A stretch of 64,000 bases of DNA from Spirochaetes bacterium ADurb.BinA120 (lineage in GTDB: Bacteria; Spirochaetota; UBA4802; UBA5368), in assembly GCA_002069125.1 (NCBI GenBank), contig MVZN01000006.1, forward strand, positions 2,354 through 66,353, read 5' to 3'. Of this stretch, positions 30,764 through 40,900 are shown piece after piece. A model generated the notes under the pieces. That model was not told the origin of the DNA and ran no database searches. It was given only the letters and a program-made list of their open reading frames with translations. A program made the translations under genes and the position numbers. The stretch's first letter is position 1, and the number at the start of each line of letters is the position of its first letter.

Positions 30764-32008
30764 ATGCGTTATTGCGTAATAGGATCGGGGGGACGCGAGC
30801 ACGCGATCGCCTGGAGACTCATGACAGACGGAAGCGCGGACGAGGTATACGTACTTCCCGGAAATGGCGGTATCGACGAGCGCTTCAGGGTGCGTATTGG
30901 TATCGATGACTTCGAAGGGATCGCCCGCTTCTGTTCCGAGAAAAAAATGGACATGGTTGTCGTGGGCCCCGAGGTTCCGCTCTCAGCGGGGATTTCCGAT
31001 TTTCTAAACGAGCGGGGAATACGGACCTTCGGACCATCGCGAAGAGCGGCAATGCTGGAGGGAAGCAAAATCTTCGCGAAAAGGGTCATGCGCGCCTGCG
31101 GCGTTCCCACCGGCGATTATCGCGAGTTCGACTCGCGCGACGAGCTTCTCCGGCATATCGATTCCACCTCCACATTCCCCATGGTGATAAAGCTTGACGG
31201 CCTGGCGGCGGGAAAGGGCGTGGGCATTCCGGAGAATAGAAAAGAGGCCCGGGCGTTCGTGGACTCGATGGTCGCCGACGGGATGAGGGTCCTTGTGGAG
31301 GAATACCTGGACGGAGAGGAGGCATCGGTCCTCGGGATATGCGACGGGCGGAACGTCGTTCCGTTGGTCGCGGCGCAGGACCACAAGCGTGCCTATGACG
31401 GGGACCGGGGCCCTAACACCGGGGGCATGGGCGCGTACGCCCCTGCGCCGGTGATGACGGCGGAGCTGCTCGAACGAGTCCGCCGCGAGGTGCTGGCGCC
31501 CACGATCGAGGGCATGAGCAAAGAGGGAACGCCCTTCAAGGGGATCCTATACGCCGGCCTCATTATAAAAGGCGACGATATCCGGGTACTCGAATTCAAC
31601 GTGCGTTTCGGCGATCCGGAGACGCAGGTCATTCTTCCGCTCCTGGAGAACAGGCTGGGCGAGCTCTTCAACGCTTCGGTGGACGGCGCCCTTTCCGGCT
31701 GCGATATACGCTTCGCCCGGAAAAGCGCGATCACGGTCGTGATGGCCTCCGGGGGCTATCCGGGGAATTACGAAAAGGGCAGGCCCATAGCCGGCCTCGA
31801 TGCCATACCGGATGGGGCCATCGTATTCCACGCGGGAACCGAGCGCCGTGGCGATGAGCTCTACACGGCCGGGGGAAGGGTGCTCAACGTGATGGCGACC
31901 GGGAGTACGCTGGCCGAGGCGAGGGACGCGGCATACGAGGCCGTCGGAAGGATATCGTTCGAGGGGGCGTTTTTCCGGAAGGATATCGGGCACAGGGCGC
32001 TTGGGTAG
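30764..32008 (+). CDS. purD: Phosphoribosylamine--glycine ligase
   Basis: GSGGREHA, PGNGG, VGPE, LEGSK.FAK, QDHKR..DGD.GPNTGGMG, EFNVRFGDPE, GGRVL. Confidence 0.98.
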   Translation: MRYCVIGSGGREHAIAWRLMTDGSADEVYVLPGNGGIDERFRVRIGIDDFEGIARFCSEKKMDMVVVGPEVPLSAGISDFLNERGIRTFGPSRRAAMLEGSKIFAKRVMRACGVPTGDYREFDSRDELLRHIDSTSTFPMVIKLDGLAAGKGVGIPENRKEARAFVDSMVADGMRVLVEEYLDGEEASVLGICDGRNVVPLVAAQDHKRAYDGDRGPNTGGMGAYAPAPVMTAELLERVRREVLAPTIEGMSKEGTPFKGILYAGLIIKGDDIRVLEFNVRFGDPETQVILPLLENRLGELFNASVDGALSGCDIRFARKSAITVVMASGGYPGNYEKGRPIAGLDAIPDGAIVFHAGTERRGDELYTAGGRVLNVMATGSTLAEARDAAYEAVGRISFEGAFFRKDIGHRALG

Positions 32009-32031
32009 TTCCCTTGTATCGGGAGGATTAA

Positions 32032-32772
32032 ATGAATGTGCGAGGCCTGTCTTCATGCGGTACCATCATCCTAATGCTCCTGCGTCTCCCTGCGGGCGCC
32101 CAGTCCGTAACGAATTTCGATTACTTCGGCGCGGAACTGAAGAAGAGGGATGCGGGAGTAGAGGAATACTCCAAGCCGGACGGCACCGTCATTTATAAAT
32201 ACCCGGACAGGGAAAAGGCCCGGTTGAAAGACGGAACGGTAATAGAGCGGTACCCTGACGGCAGGAGGGAGATAAAGGCTCCCGATGGGAGGAGTCTTGT
32301 AATCGATTTCGATGGGACCCGGCATTACCGCTCGGCCGACGGCAAAGAGCGGACGATTTCCATGGATGCTAAAACCCCCTGGGGGGATCCCATCTCCCCG
32401 GTGGAGACGGTGGTTTCACAGGGAGGGGCCAGGATCGTTCTCGTTTTCGATCCCTCCCTCTCGGACGATCATCTCGAAGGCGCGGCCAAAAAATTTTTCG
32501 ATGAGCTGGCGGCGGCGCTTAAGGCCAAAATGGCTTCCGTAAAACCCGCCAGCGGGTTCGAGGGGCGGATAGTCATATCGCAATGCAGGTTCGCCAGAAC
32601 CGGCCACTGCAGGAGAAAAAACGCGCAGGAACTCGTGGCCCGCATCAGCCTCCAGGGGCGAGAGAGAGCCTCCTTTTGCCTATCGTACGAATCGATGCTA
32701 AGGGACGAGGAGCGAATCGGCTTTGTCGGGCGCGTGGCGGACCGGGCCCTGGGGGCTGAGACCGGTAAATAA
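32032..32772 (+). CDS. Exported hypothetical protein with short PDG beta-hairpin repeats
   Basis: Signal peptide followed by about 8 repeats of 8-9 aa, mostly (P/K/F/A)DG(T/R/K). Confidence 0.65.
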   Translation: MNVRGLSSCGTIILMLLRLPAGAQSVTNFDYFGAELKKRDAGVEEYSKPDGTVIYKYPDREKARLKDGTVIERYPDGRREIKAPDGRSLVIDFDGTRHYRSADGKERTISMDAKTPWGDPISPVETVVSQGGARIVLVFDPSLSDDHLEGAAKKFFDELAAALKAKMASVKPASGFEGRIVISQCRFARTGHCRRKNAQELVARISLQGRERASFCLSYESMLRDEERIGFVGRVADRALGAETGK

Positions 32773-32856
32773 TCATTTGACTAAGCTCCGACGGAGGGGC
32801 AGAATATATAGTGCGGACGGTCCCTTGCCGCGACAATCGAGGCGCCGGGGTGATAG

Positions 32857-34758
32857 ATGACCAATAGTAATCATAAAGACGAACGCGCTATTCTAGATAA
32901 TTTGCGAGCCGAACACCCCGAAAAATTCACCTCTCTTGAAAGGGCTTTCTCCCACATAAAAAGCGGCACACGCATATTCATTTCCACGGCCTGCGCCGTT
33001 CCGCGCTTTCTCGTCCGCTCCCTCGCCGAGTACGCCGAGGCAAGCCCGGATTTTCTTCCGGACGATGAGACGCTAAACACGTATACGCTCGGCGTCTCGC
33101 CATATCTGGACGAGCGGCTGAAGAGGAATTTCCGGTATAATTCGTTCTTCATCGGGCACAGCATACGGGAGCAGGTCAACGACGGCGAAGCGGACTATAC
33201 GCCGGGTTTTTTCTCCGGCCTCCCTCGGCTATTCCGTCACAGGCTCGTCGAGATAGACGTGGCCCTCATTCAGACCTCGCTGCCCGACCCAAGCGGCATG
33301 CTGAGCCTTGGAGTGAGCATCGATATCGTAAAGGCGGCGGTGGAGAACGCGTCGATTGTAATGGCCCAGGTCAATTCGTTCATGCCGAGGGTGCATGGTG
33401 ACACCTTTATAAGCGTGGATGATGTGGATTTCCTGTTCCACCACGACGAGCCGCTTCTTGAATACGATTCCGGAGAGCCCGACGAGGTTTCGGAGCGCAT
33501 TGGACGTTTGGTGGCACGGATGGTACTGGATGGTGATACTATACAGGTTGGATATGGGAGCCTTCCTAACGCGATAATGGCCAATCTTCACAATAAAAGG
33601 GACCTCGGGGTACACACCGAACTTTTGTCCGACGGCCTGGTCGAGCTGATAAAAAGCGGCGCCATCAACAATTCCAGGAAGACGGTCGACAGGGGTAAAA
33701 CCGTCGCCACCTTCTGCATGGGCAGGCGATCGACCTATGAATTTCTACACGACAATCCCAGCATCTCCTTTCATCCCGTGGAATATACGAACAATCCACT
33801 CATAATCTCCGGGCTTCGCGGCATCGCGGCGATAAATTCCGTTCTGCAGCTTGACCTGTCCGGCCAGGGGAGCGCCGAATCCCTCGGCGCCTACAACTAC
33901 AGCGGAATCGGCGGCCAGGCCGATTTCATGAGGGGGGCCATGCTCGCCCCCGGCGGCCGGAGCATTCTGATGTTGAAATCGACGGCAAGGGGCGGGAAGG
34001 TATCCCGCGTGGTGCCCGTAATCGACGCCGGGGCCGGCGTTACCCTCAATCGCGGAGACGTGCATTATATCGTCACCGAATACGGTATTGCCTATATAAA
34101 CGGAAAGAACCTTCGCGAGCGGGCCATCTCCATTATTGCGATAGCCCATCCCGATTTCAGGCCTTGGCTGATGGATGAGGCGAAGAGGCTCGGTGTTGTC
34201 GAGAAGGGCATGATCGGCATCCCTGGAACGAAGGGATGGTATCCGGCTCACCTCGAGGCGCGCCGCACTACACGCTCGGGAGATCGCCTGCTCCTTCGCC
34301 CGGCACGGCCGGAGGACGCCGCTTCGCTTAATGGCTTCTTCGGCTCCCTGCAGGACAGGAGCGTGCGCGGCCGCCTGCTTGGGGACGTGAGTCATGGGGA
34401 TATCGAATCCTGGTTGAGCGGGCTCGACTTCGTGAACGAAACGGTAATCCTGGGCACGGTGCTCACAAGCGACGGAGAGTTCATTCTCGGTATCGGAAAA
34501 TACCGGATCATGGAGCAGGATCATGGCGCGGAGCTTTCACTGGTGGTGCGCGACGATTACAGGAACCGCGGGGTTGGGACGGAAATAATCTCCCACCTAG
34601 CCCTGATAGCGCGGAGGGAGGGGCTTTTCTATATTTCGGCGGAGGCCCTCATAGAGAATAAACCGGTATTGCGTCTGCTTGACAAATGCGGCCTCGACAC
34701 GGAGCGTAACCTCGGAGCGGGCGTCTACGAACTGAAGGCGTATTTCCATAGAGAATAG
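32857..34758 (+). CDS. Acetyl-CoA hydrolase/transferase with C-terminal GNAT domain
   Basis: LSLG.S.D, QVN..MP, GDTIQVGYG, GVHTELLSDG, SGIGGQ.DFMRGA, VHYIVTEYG; C-terminal GNAT (RPARPED, VRDDYRNRGVGT). Confidence 0.9.
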   Translation: MTNSNHKDERAILDNLRAEHPEKFTSLERAFSHIKSGTRIFISTACAVPRFLVRSLAEYAEASPDFLPDDETLNTYTLGVSPYLDERLKRNFRYNSFFIGHSIREQVNDGEADYTPGFFSGLPRLFRHRLVEIDVALIQTSLPDPSGMLSLGVSIDIVKAAVENASIVMAQVNSFMPRVHGDTFISVDDVDFLFHHDEPLLEYDSGEPDEVSERIGRLVARMVLDGDTIQVGYGSLPNAIMANLHNKRDLGVHTELLSDGLVELIKSGAINNSRKTVDRGKTVATFCMGRRSTYEFLHDNPSISFHPVEYTNNPLIISGLRGIAAINSVLQLDLSGQGSAESLGAYNYSGIGGQADFMRGAMLAPGGRSILMLKSTARGGKVSRVVPVIDAGAGVTLNRGDVHYIVTEYGIAYINGKNLRERAISIIAIAHPDFRPWLMDEAKRLGVVEKGMIGIPGTKGWYPAHLEARRTTRSGDRLLLRPARPEDAASLNGFFGSLQDRSVRGRLLGDVSHGDIESWLSGLDFVNETVILGTVLTSDGEFILGIGKYRIMEQDHGAELSLVVRDDYRNRGVGTEIISHLALIARREGLFYISAEALIENKPVLRLLDKCGLDTERNLGAGVYELKAYFHRE

Positions 34759-34906
34759 AGAATAAAGGCTCTTTCCTCTTGCCGACTGTCCGCGACCGGT
34801 GTAAATTTGATCCAGATGTATTCGGCAACGGTGTGTAATCTGGCCGCCTTAAAAAATGGGGAATCGCGCCGCTTTCTCCACGGAGAAGTCCGGCGGCAAG
34901 GAGCGT

Positions 34907-36028
34907 ATGGCTGTGGTGAGCAGGGGATGGTTGTATGGAATGATCGTCGCTATTGGCATGTCGCTTGGGGGGACATCATTTCTCCAATCCCCCATCCTCT
35001 TTGCGGACGTCCACGGAGACGGCTCCCAGGAGTATTCATACACGCAGAGCTTCATCAACATCAGGACGCCGAACGGAAAGCTGTATGCGTATGTGGTCCT
35101 CCTCTTCAATGAAAACCCCCATTTCGTGAACATGATCCAGGAGTACACCATTCCCGTCGAGAAGATGCAGAAAGACGGGTTTCATATCGCGGAATACCGC
35201 ACCTATCTGAAAAACCTTCGTGACCCGGCGATCCACCGCATCGCAGAACAGCTTCTGAACGTCAACCTGCAGCCTAAGAAGTATTCCGATCGTGCGCTCG
35301 ACTCGCTAAGCGAGCTGCTTGAAAAGCGGAACATCATCCTCAGATTCTCTCGCGATGGAAGGGGAGGCGAAGATGAGAGGATACTTCTCGACTATTGCAT
35401 TTTCGGCGCTCGAAAACCGCTCACCATCAGCCACCCTCTTTTCAACGCCAGTGAGCGCTTTTACAACATTATCCCGTTCATCTATTACGACGAGTTCTCG
35501 ACCAGCAATTCGACATTTTACTTCGACATGATCTACATCAACCCCGAGGAGGTCCAGAATGATTACATCATCGCCAGGCGCGTACTCTCGGGGGAGAACG
35601 TCGATTCCATGTTTTTCGTCGGAGCGCGGGTAAGCGAGGACATCAAGTACTGTCTGGCGAAGGCGTTCGACAATTCCAAATCGATCCGCGGGGAGATCTG
35701 GAAGCTCTTCGAGATACACGAGCTGACGCATAAGATACTCAACAACAGCTTTAATTATTTCGACCAGGTGATGGGCGAGGAGCTGGCCCTGTCGAGCACG
35801 ATCTACGCGAACCCGTATCTGGGGCTTTCGGTGTTGTATGCCTACCTGGATTACAACAGCACCAACCCTCACCGGATAGCAGCCGCTAATTTCATCCGTT
35901 ATGTGGCCGCCGAGACTGGCCGAAAGGAGATAGTGGAGAACGCGTCGATTTTAAAAAGCCTCTCGCATGGGGACCTCCAGAGGCTGGCGCGTCTCCACTT
36001 CAATTCGCTGATCAAGAACCTAAAATAG
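34907..36028 (+). CDS. Exported hypothetical protein with HExxH motif (putative zinc metallopeptidase)
   Basis: AAGGAG RBS; signal-like N-terminus; EIHELTH followed by GEELA about 13-14 residues later. Confidence 0.6.
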   Translation: MAVVSRGWLYGMIVAIGMSLGGTSFLQSPILFADVHGDGSQEYSYTQSFINIRTPNGKLYAYVVLLFNENPHFVNMIQEYTIPVEKMQKDGFHIAEYRTYLKNLRDPAIHRIAEQLLNVNLQPKKYSDRALDSLSELLEKRNIILRFSRDGRGGEDERILLDYCIFGARKPLTISHPLFNASERFYNIIPFIYYDEFSTSNSTFYFDMIYINPEEVQNDYIIARRVLSGENVDSMFFVGARVSEDIKYCLAKAFDNSKSIRGEIWKLFEIHELTHKILNNSFNYFDQVMGEELALSSTIYANPYLGLSVLYAYLDYNSTNPHRIAAANFIRYVAAETGRKEIVENASILKSLSHGDLQRLARLHFNSLIKNLK

Positions 36029-36061
36029 GCCCTAAGGGGGGGGGGCACCCGTGTCTCCGCC

Positions 36062-37156
36062 TTACAGGCGCATTCGAAGCGGCTTTTTAATTCTAAGTGA
36101 CGATGGGCCGGCGCCCGCCTCGCCGGTGTGTGAATCGGCCATGAATTCCGAAATGATGGCGTTTATGTCGGCCTTACCGGTGTAGAGGCCCGATTCCATC
36201 CGTTCCCAGGCCGCGACGGTGCGCTCGCGCGCGATCTTGAAAAGGTCCTCGACCGATTCATAGTGCAGGCCTGCGGCGCCGGTCGGGTGGAACCAGCGTT
36301 CGCGGTGCAGGTTCAAGGCGTGACGGTTCATGCGCCTGGGCTCGGGGTAGCGCGTCACATAGTCCGGGAAGAGTCTGCGCCGCACCCTAATACGATCCAT
36401 AATCCTTCGGATTGTCGCGTTACCCGTGCGCTTGATCCGGTAGCTTATTCCGATAAGGTGCGGCAGCAAGTCGACAAGGCCTCTTCCCCATCGATCATTC
36501 TCCTGGCGCTGTGGCGGGGTCTTACGGGCCAACCGGGGGAGCTCTGCGGGACACGAGTCGGCCAGCACCTCGAGGAGGAGGCTCTTTATCCTCCCGTCGA
36601 GCACCCGAAATCCCCATGGGGTATGTTCCACCGGCAGCGAATCATCGAGGCTGAATTCGAATACATGGTTGTTGTAGTGATACTGAAAAAACAAGTCCAT
36701 GTTGTACTGGAACAGGAGCAACTGCTCCCGATAGTGGAATATATCCCTGCGGCTGCCGCCGTCGGGGAAACCGGCCCAGTAGTATACGAAGGGATGGAAT
36801 ACAGCGTCGCCGATAAGATGGGATACGTACCCATAGCAATAGGCGCGGCGGGTCGCCGACCATTCGTTGTTGAAATCACCGACCAGAAGCGTGCGGGAAA
36901 GAAGAGAGGAGAGGCTGTCGGCCATCGAAGGGGAGTGGAGCCGCATGGTGAGTCCGGTTCCGAAGAAATCCCTGCGTCTTACGGGGAGGTAGTCGAAAAT
37001 GTCGGGCCCGAGCGCCCCGAACAAACCGGCCCTTCGCCGTTCGGGTGGGGCGAAAAGGGCCTGTGTGGACCTGTTGTACGGGGTTGGGTCTTTCGTCCTT
37101 TGAAGGGACGAAAGGGATTCGTGAAAAAGCCTGCTGTGCGTTATAATTCCGGGCAT
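36062..37156 (-). CDS. Zinc-dependent phospholipase C family protein
   Basis: N-terminal MPGIITH, GALGPD.F.Y, H, GYVSHLIGD..FHPFV metal-ligand pattern. Confidence 0.75.
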   Translation of the reverse strand: MPGIITHSRLFHESLSSLQRTKDPTPYNRSTQALFAPPERRRAGLFGALGPDIFDYLPVRRRDFFGTGLTMRLHSPSMADSLSSLLSRTLLVGDFNNEWSATRRAYCYGYVSHLIGDAVFHPFVYYWAGFPDGGSRRDIFHYREQLLLFQYNMDLFFQYHYNNHVFEFSLDDSLPVEHTPWGFRVLDGRIKSLLLEVLADSCPAELPRLARKTPPQRQENDRWGRGLVDLLPHLIGISYRIKRTGNATIRRIMDRIRVRRRLFPDYVTRYPEPRRMNRHALNLHRERWFHPTGAAGLHYESVEDLFKIARERTVAAWERMESGLYTGKADINAIISEFMADSHTGEAGAGPSSLRIKKPLRMRL

Positions 37157-37215
37157 TGGATTTGTACGGTCTCCGAGCTTGGGTATGACATATCGTTTCC
37201 GGCGGCGAGTCAAAT

Positions 37216-37248
37216 AAAAAAAGCATGCCCCCGGGGGACATGCTTTTT
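37216..37248. terminator. Intrinsic terminator after the cytochrome c gene
   Basis: AAAAAGCATG-CCCCCGGGGGA-CATGCTTTTT hairpin with A/T tails. Confidence 0.75.
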
Positions 37249-37271
37249 CCGGCAGGCCGAAATGACCCGGA

Positions 37272-37502
37272 TTATTTCAAGGGATGGCATCCCGCTCCCA
37301 TACACAGCGGGTTCTTGTTAACGAGCGCGATTCCATACCCCTTCTTTTTCTCGATTTTGGCGGTGGTGTGGCAGTAGGCGCAATTGATAACCTTGCCGTC
37401 CTTTTTATGGCCTTTGTGCTTTTTTTGAATTTCGGGATTGGCGAGCGCGATCGATGAGGCGCAGAATATCGTCAGCATTACCAGATATCCTATTTTCTTC
37501 AT
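37272..37502 (-). CDS. Small secreted c-type cytochrome (CxxCH plus CxxxxCH)
   Basis: Sec signal peptide ending ALA; CAYCH and CMGAGCH; two extra His residues (KKHKGH); GAGGAG RBS. Confidence 0.75.
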   Translation of the reverse strand: MKKIGYLVMLTIFCASSIALANPEIQKKHKGHKKDGKVINCAYCHTTAKIEKKKGYGIALVNKNPLCMGAGCHPLK

Positions 37503-37649
37503 TTGACAGCTCCTCGTTCCTATAGTTTGGTATTGCGATAGCCGTCAGGTAGCTTGCTACCCGAAGGCTTGCGCGTCAATAATTTTTATTTTTTGTTGGG
37601 AACCGCCCCCAGGGCCGCCTGCCCGTCTCCTGATGGACTCCGCTCGCTT

Positions 37650-37934
37650 TCAATACATTGTTTTGAGCGGTACGGTAAAGGCGTGTATGCCCACTCCGGG
37701 AAACCGCTTCTTTAGGTCCCGCATCTCTTCGACCAGGGACTTTTCCTGGTTTTTGTCGACAACCGTCATTATACAGTTGTTGACCCCCGGCCAGATGTGC
37801 GAACCGAGATGGGGTTCTCCTCGTCCCTCCCCGTGTACCCCCAGAAAGCGCGTATATCCGTCCGCGGCGCGGCGTATCGTCTCGACCATCTCGTCGTCGA
37901 CGGCGTTACTGTATACGATGAACATGAGGTTCAT
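37650..37934 (-). CDS. PII-like transporter-associated protein (PG0541 family-like)
   Basis: FIVYS..., G.GRGEPHLGSHIWPG.NN; last gene of the RND operon. Confidence 0.75.
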   Translation of the reverse strand: MNLMFIVYSNAVDDEMVETIRRAADGYTRFLGVHGEGRGEPHLGSHIWPGVNNCIMTVVDKNQEKSLVEEMRDLKKRFPGVGIHAFTVPLKTMY

Positions 37935-37938
37935 TGGT

Positions 37939-40900
37939 TTAACCTCTCCCTGAAAAACTCTTCTTTACTCTCGCCGAGAGGTCCTCGAAAAGGGAGTAGA
38001 CCACCGGCACAAAAAGCAGCGTGAAAATGAACGAGGAGCTCATTCCCCCCATGACCGTGCGGGCCAGGGGCGCCGAAAGCTCCGCTCCCTCGCCCAGACC
38101 CAGGGACATCGGGACAAGCGCAAGGATCGTGGTAAACGTGGTCATGAGGATCGGCCGAAGCCTCTTGCTTCCGGCCTCCATAAGGGCCTCGCGTGTAGGA
38201 AGCCCCCGCGCCTTGAGGATGTTTGTATAGTCCACAAGCACTATCGAGTTGTTGACCACAATTCCCGAAAGCATGAGTATCCCCATGAACGATACGACAT
38301 TGAAGGTGGTTCCCGTGAGGAACAGAAAGATCATCACGCCGAAGATGAGGGTGGGGACCGAAAACATGATGATAAATGGATACAGATATGATTCGAACTG
38401 GGCGGCCATAATGATGTATATCAGCACTATGGCGAGGAGAAGCGCAAGCCCAAGGTCCCTGAAGGATTCCTGCATGTCTTTGAACGCCCCGGCTATTTGG
38501 ACGTAGAAATTCCGGGGTTTGGGCAGGGTGTCGATTTTCGCCTGTATGTCCCTGGCCACGGAGTTGAGGTCGCGGCCTACGGCCTTGCAGTTGATGTATA
38601 TTACGCGCTCCTGCTTCTTCCGCTGTATGGTGGTGGGGCCGCTGGATGAACTGACTTCGATGATGTTGCCAAGCGGCACCGAGGCGCCCACCGGGGTGCG
38701 GACAAGGAGCGATTTGATGTCGTCGAGGCTTTTTCGGTCCTCCTCCCGCAGGCGCACGAAGATGTCGTATTCCTTGCCCTCATGGCGATATATCGATGCG
38801 ATCTTGCCCGCCACATTGTCCTTGATGAGATTCGCGACATAAGAGGCGTTGAGGCCCATCTTGGAGGCCTTCTCGCGATTGACCACTATGACGAGCTCGG
38901 GAAGGCCCTCCTCGCGGCTTATTTCGGCGTCCTTGAGGCCGGGGATTCCGGTGATCGCGTTTTTAATCTGCTGGCTGTATTCCTGTGCCTGGTCGAAATC
39001 GTAGCCATATATCTCTATGGATATTTGAGGGCCGCCTCCCATGGAGAGCCCCTGGCCCTCAACGGCGAAGTTAAAGGTGACGCCCGGTACGTCCGCTACG
39101 GCCTTTCGAACCGCCTCCCGGATATCGTGTTCGGAGCGATCCCTTTTGGAAACCGAGACCAGGCGCATCTCGATCTTGGCCGTATGGTCGGTCGTTTCGC
39201 CAAAGGCGGCCGCGAAGCCCTCGCCGTATCCGGCGCGCACGCTGACCACCCGGTATTCGTTGCGGCGAACCACCTTGAGCACCCTTTCCTCAACCATGCG
39301 CATGACGCTTTCGGTGGTATCGAGGTTTGTGCCTATAGGCAGCTTGGCGGTAAAGACGACCTGCTCCTGGTCCTGCTCAGGCATGAACTCCATGCCCGCG
39401 AGCGGTATGAGGGCGAGACCCGCGACAACCGCAAGGGCGGAGAATAAAACCACGCGTCGTCTATGGCCAAGGGCCCAGCGGATAGTAAGGGCGTAGAAGC
39501 GTTCAAGGCGCGTAAACATGCCCTCGCTCCACGAGAAGAGGTCGTTTAAAAAGGCGGTCCTCCCGGTGTGGCGGACGGTGATGGTCTTTATGAATCTGGC
39601 GGACATCATGGGCACGAGGGTTAGAGCGACCGCCAGAGAGCAGAGCTGCGAGAAGGTGATCGTAAGCGCCATCTGACGGAAGAGCTGGCCGGCGAGCCCC
39701 GTGGTGAAGAAGAAGGGAATGAAAACGCACAGGTTGGTGAGGGTGGAGGCGGTGATGGCCATCGCCATCTCGTCCGCACCGAGCCTGGCCGCCTCGTTGG
39801 GGCGCGCCCCCTTTTCCCTGAAACGGAAGATGTTTTCCAATATGACGATAGAGTTGTCGATGAGCATGCCGACGCCAAGGGCGAGTCCTCCCATGGACAT
39901 CATGTTCAGGGATATATCGAAGTAATACATGGCTATGAAGGTGGCGACAATGGAGACCGGAATCGAGAGGCCGAGGATCAGCGCGGAGCGCAGGTTTCGA
40001 AGCATAATGAATACGACGAGGATGGCTATTATCCCCCCCTGCCAGGCGCTGTCGATCACGTTATCTATGGAGCGCTCTATGTATTCGGCCTGGTTGAAAA
40101 TGGGGGTGATTTCCATGCCCCGGGGGAGGGTCTTCCGTATCACCTCGAGCTGTTTCATGATGTCCCGCGCGACGATGACCGTGTTCTTGTCGGACTGCTT
40201 TGTCATCCGGATCACGACGCCGTTCTCTCCATTCAGCCGGACCAGTTCCTTGCGTTCCGCCGGGGCGTCGTATACGCGAGCGACATCCTTCAGGTATATG
40301 GGGGTGCCGTTCTTTACGCTCACCACCATGTTTCGGATGTCCTCCAGCGATTCGAACTCGCCCTTGGTGCGCAGGGTATATTTGCGATGCGGCGATTTGA
40401 TGTCTCCGCCCGCCACGTTCATGTTCTCCAGCCCCACCATGCCGACAACGGTTTCGATGGAGATGTCGTAGGCCTCCATGCGATTTTTGACGAGTTCAAC
40501 CCTTACCTCGCGCTTCTGGCCGCCTATCGGCACCGCCGAGGCGACGCCGTCGATCTGTTCGAGCAGGTTTTTCAGGTTGTCCTCGGCGTACTCGCGAAGG
40601 TAGCTCGAGTCCTTGCTTCCTGATACCGAAAGGACCATTATCGGCATCATCGAAACGTCGAATTTAAGAACCACAGGGGTCTCAATTCCTTCGGGCAGGA
40701 ATTTTTTGATGATATCTATGCGCTCCCTTATGTCCGATACGGCGAGGGACATGTCGGTTCCCCAGATGAAGCGCACGCCGATCAGCGACATGCCCTCCTT
40801 GGAGGTGGAGGTGATGTAGTCGATGTTGTTGATTCCGGCAAGTGACTCCTCGAGCCGCCTGGTGACGGTGCTCTCGATCTCTTTGGGGCCTACTCCCTTA

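Noticed and set aside
36037-36048. Poly-G tract as a phase-variation site
   Set aside because: Lies between two convergent stop codons, so slippage would affect neither a reading frame nor a promoter.
36621-36640. TGTTCCAC half-site resembling parS
   Set aside because: The second half does not match; it is only a coding-sequence coincidence.
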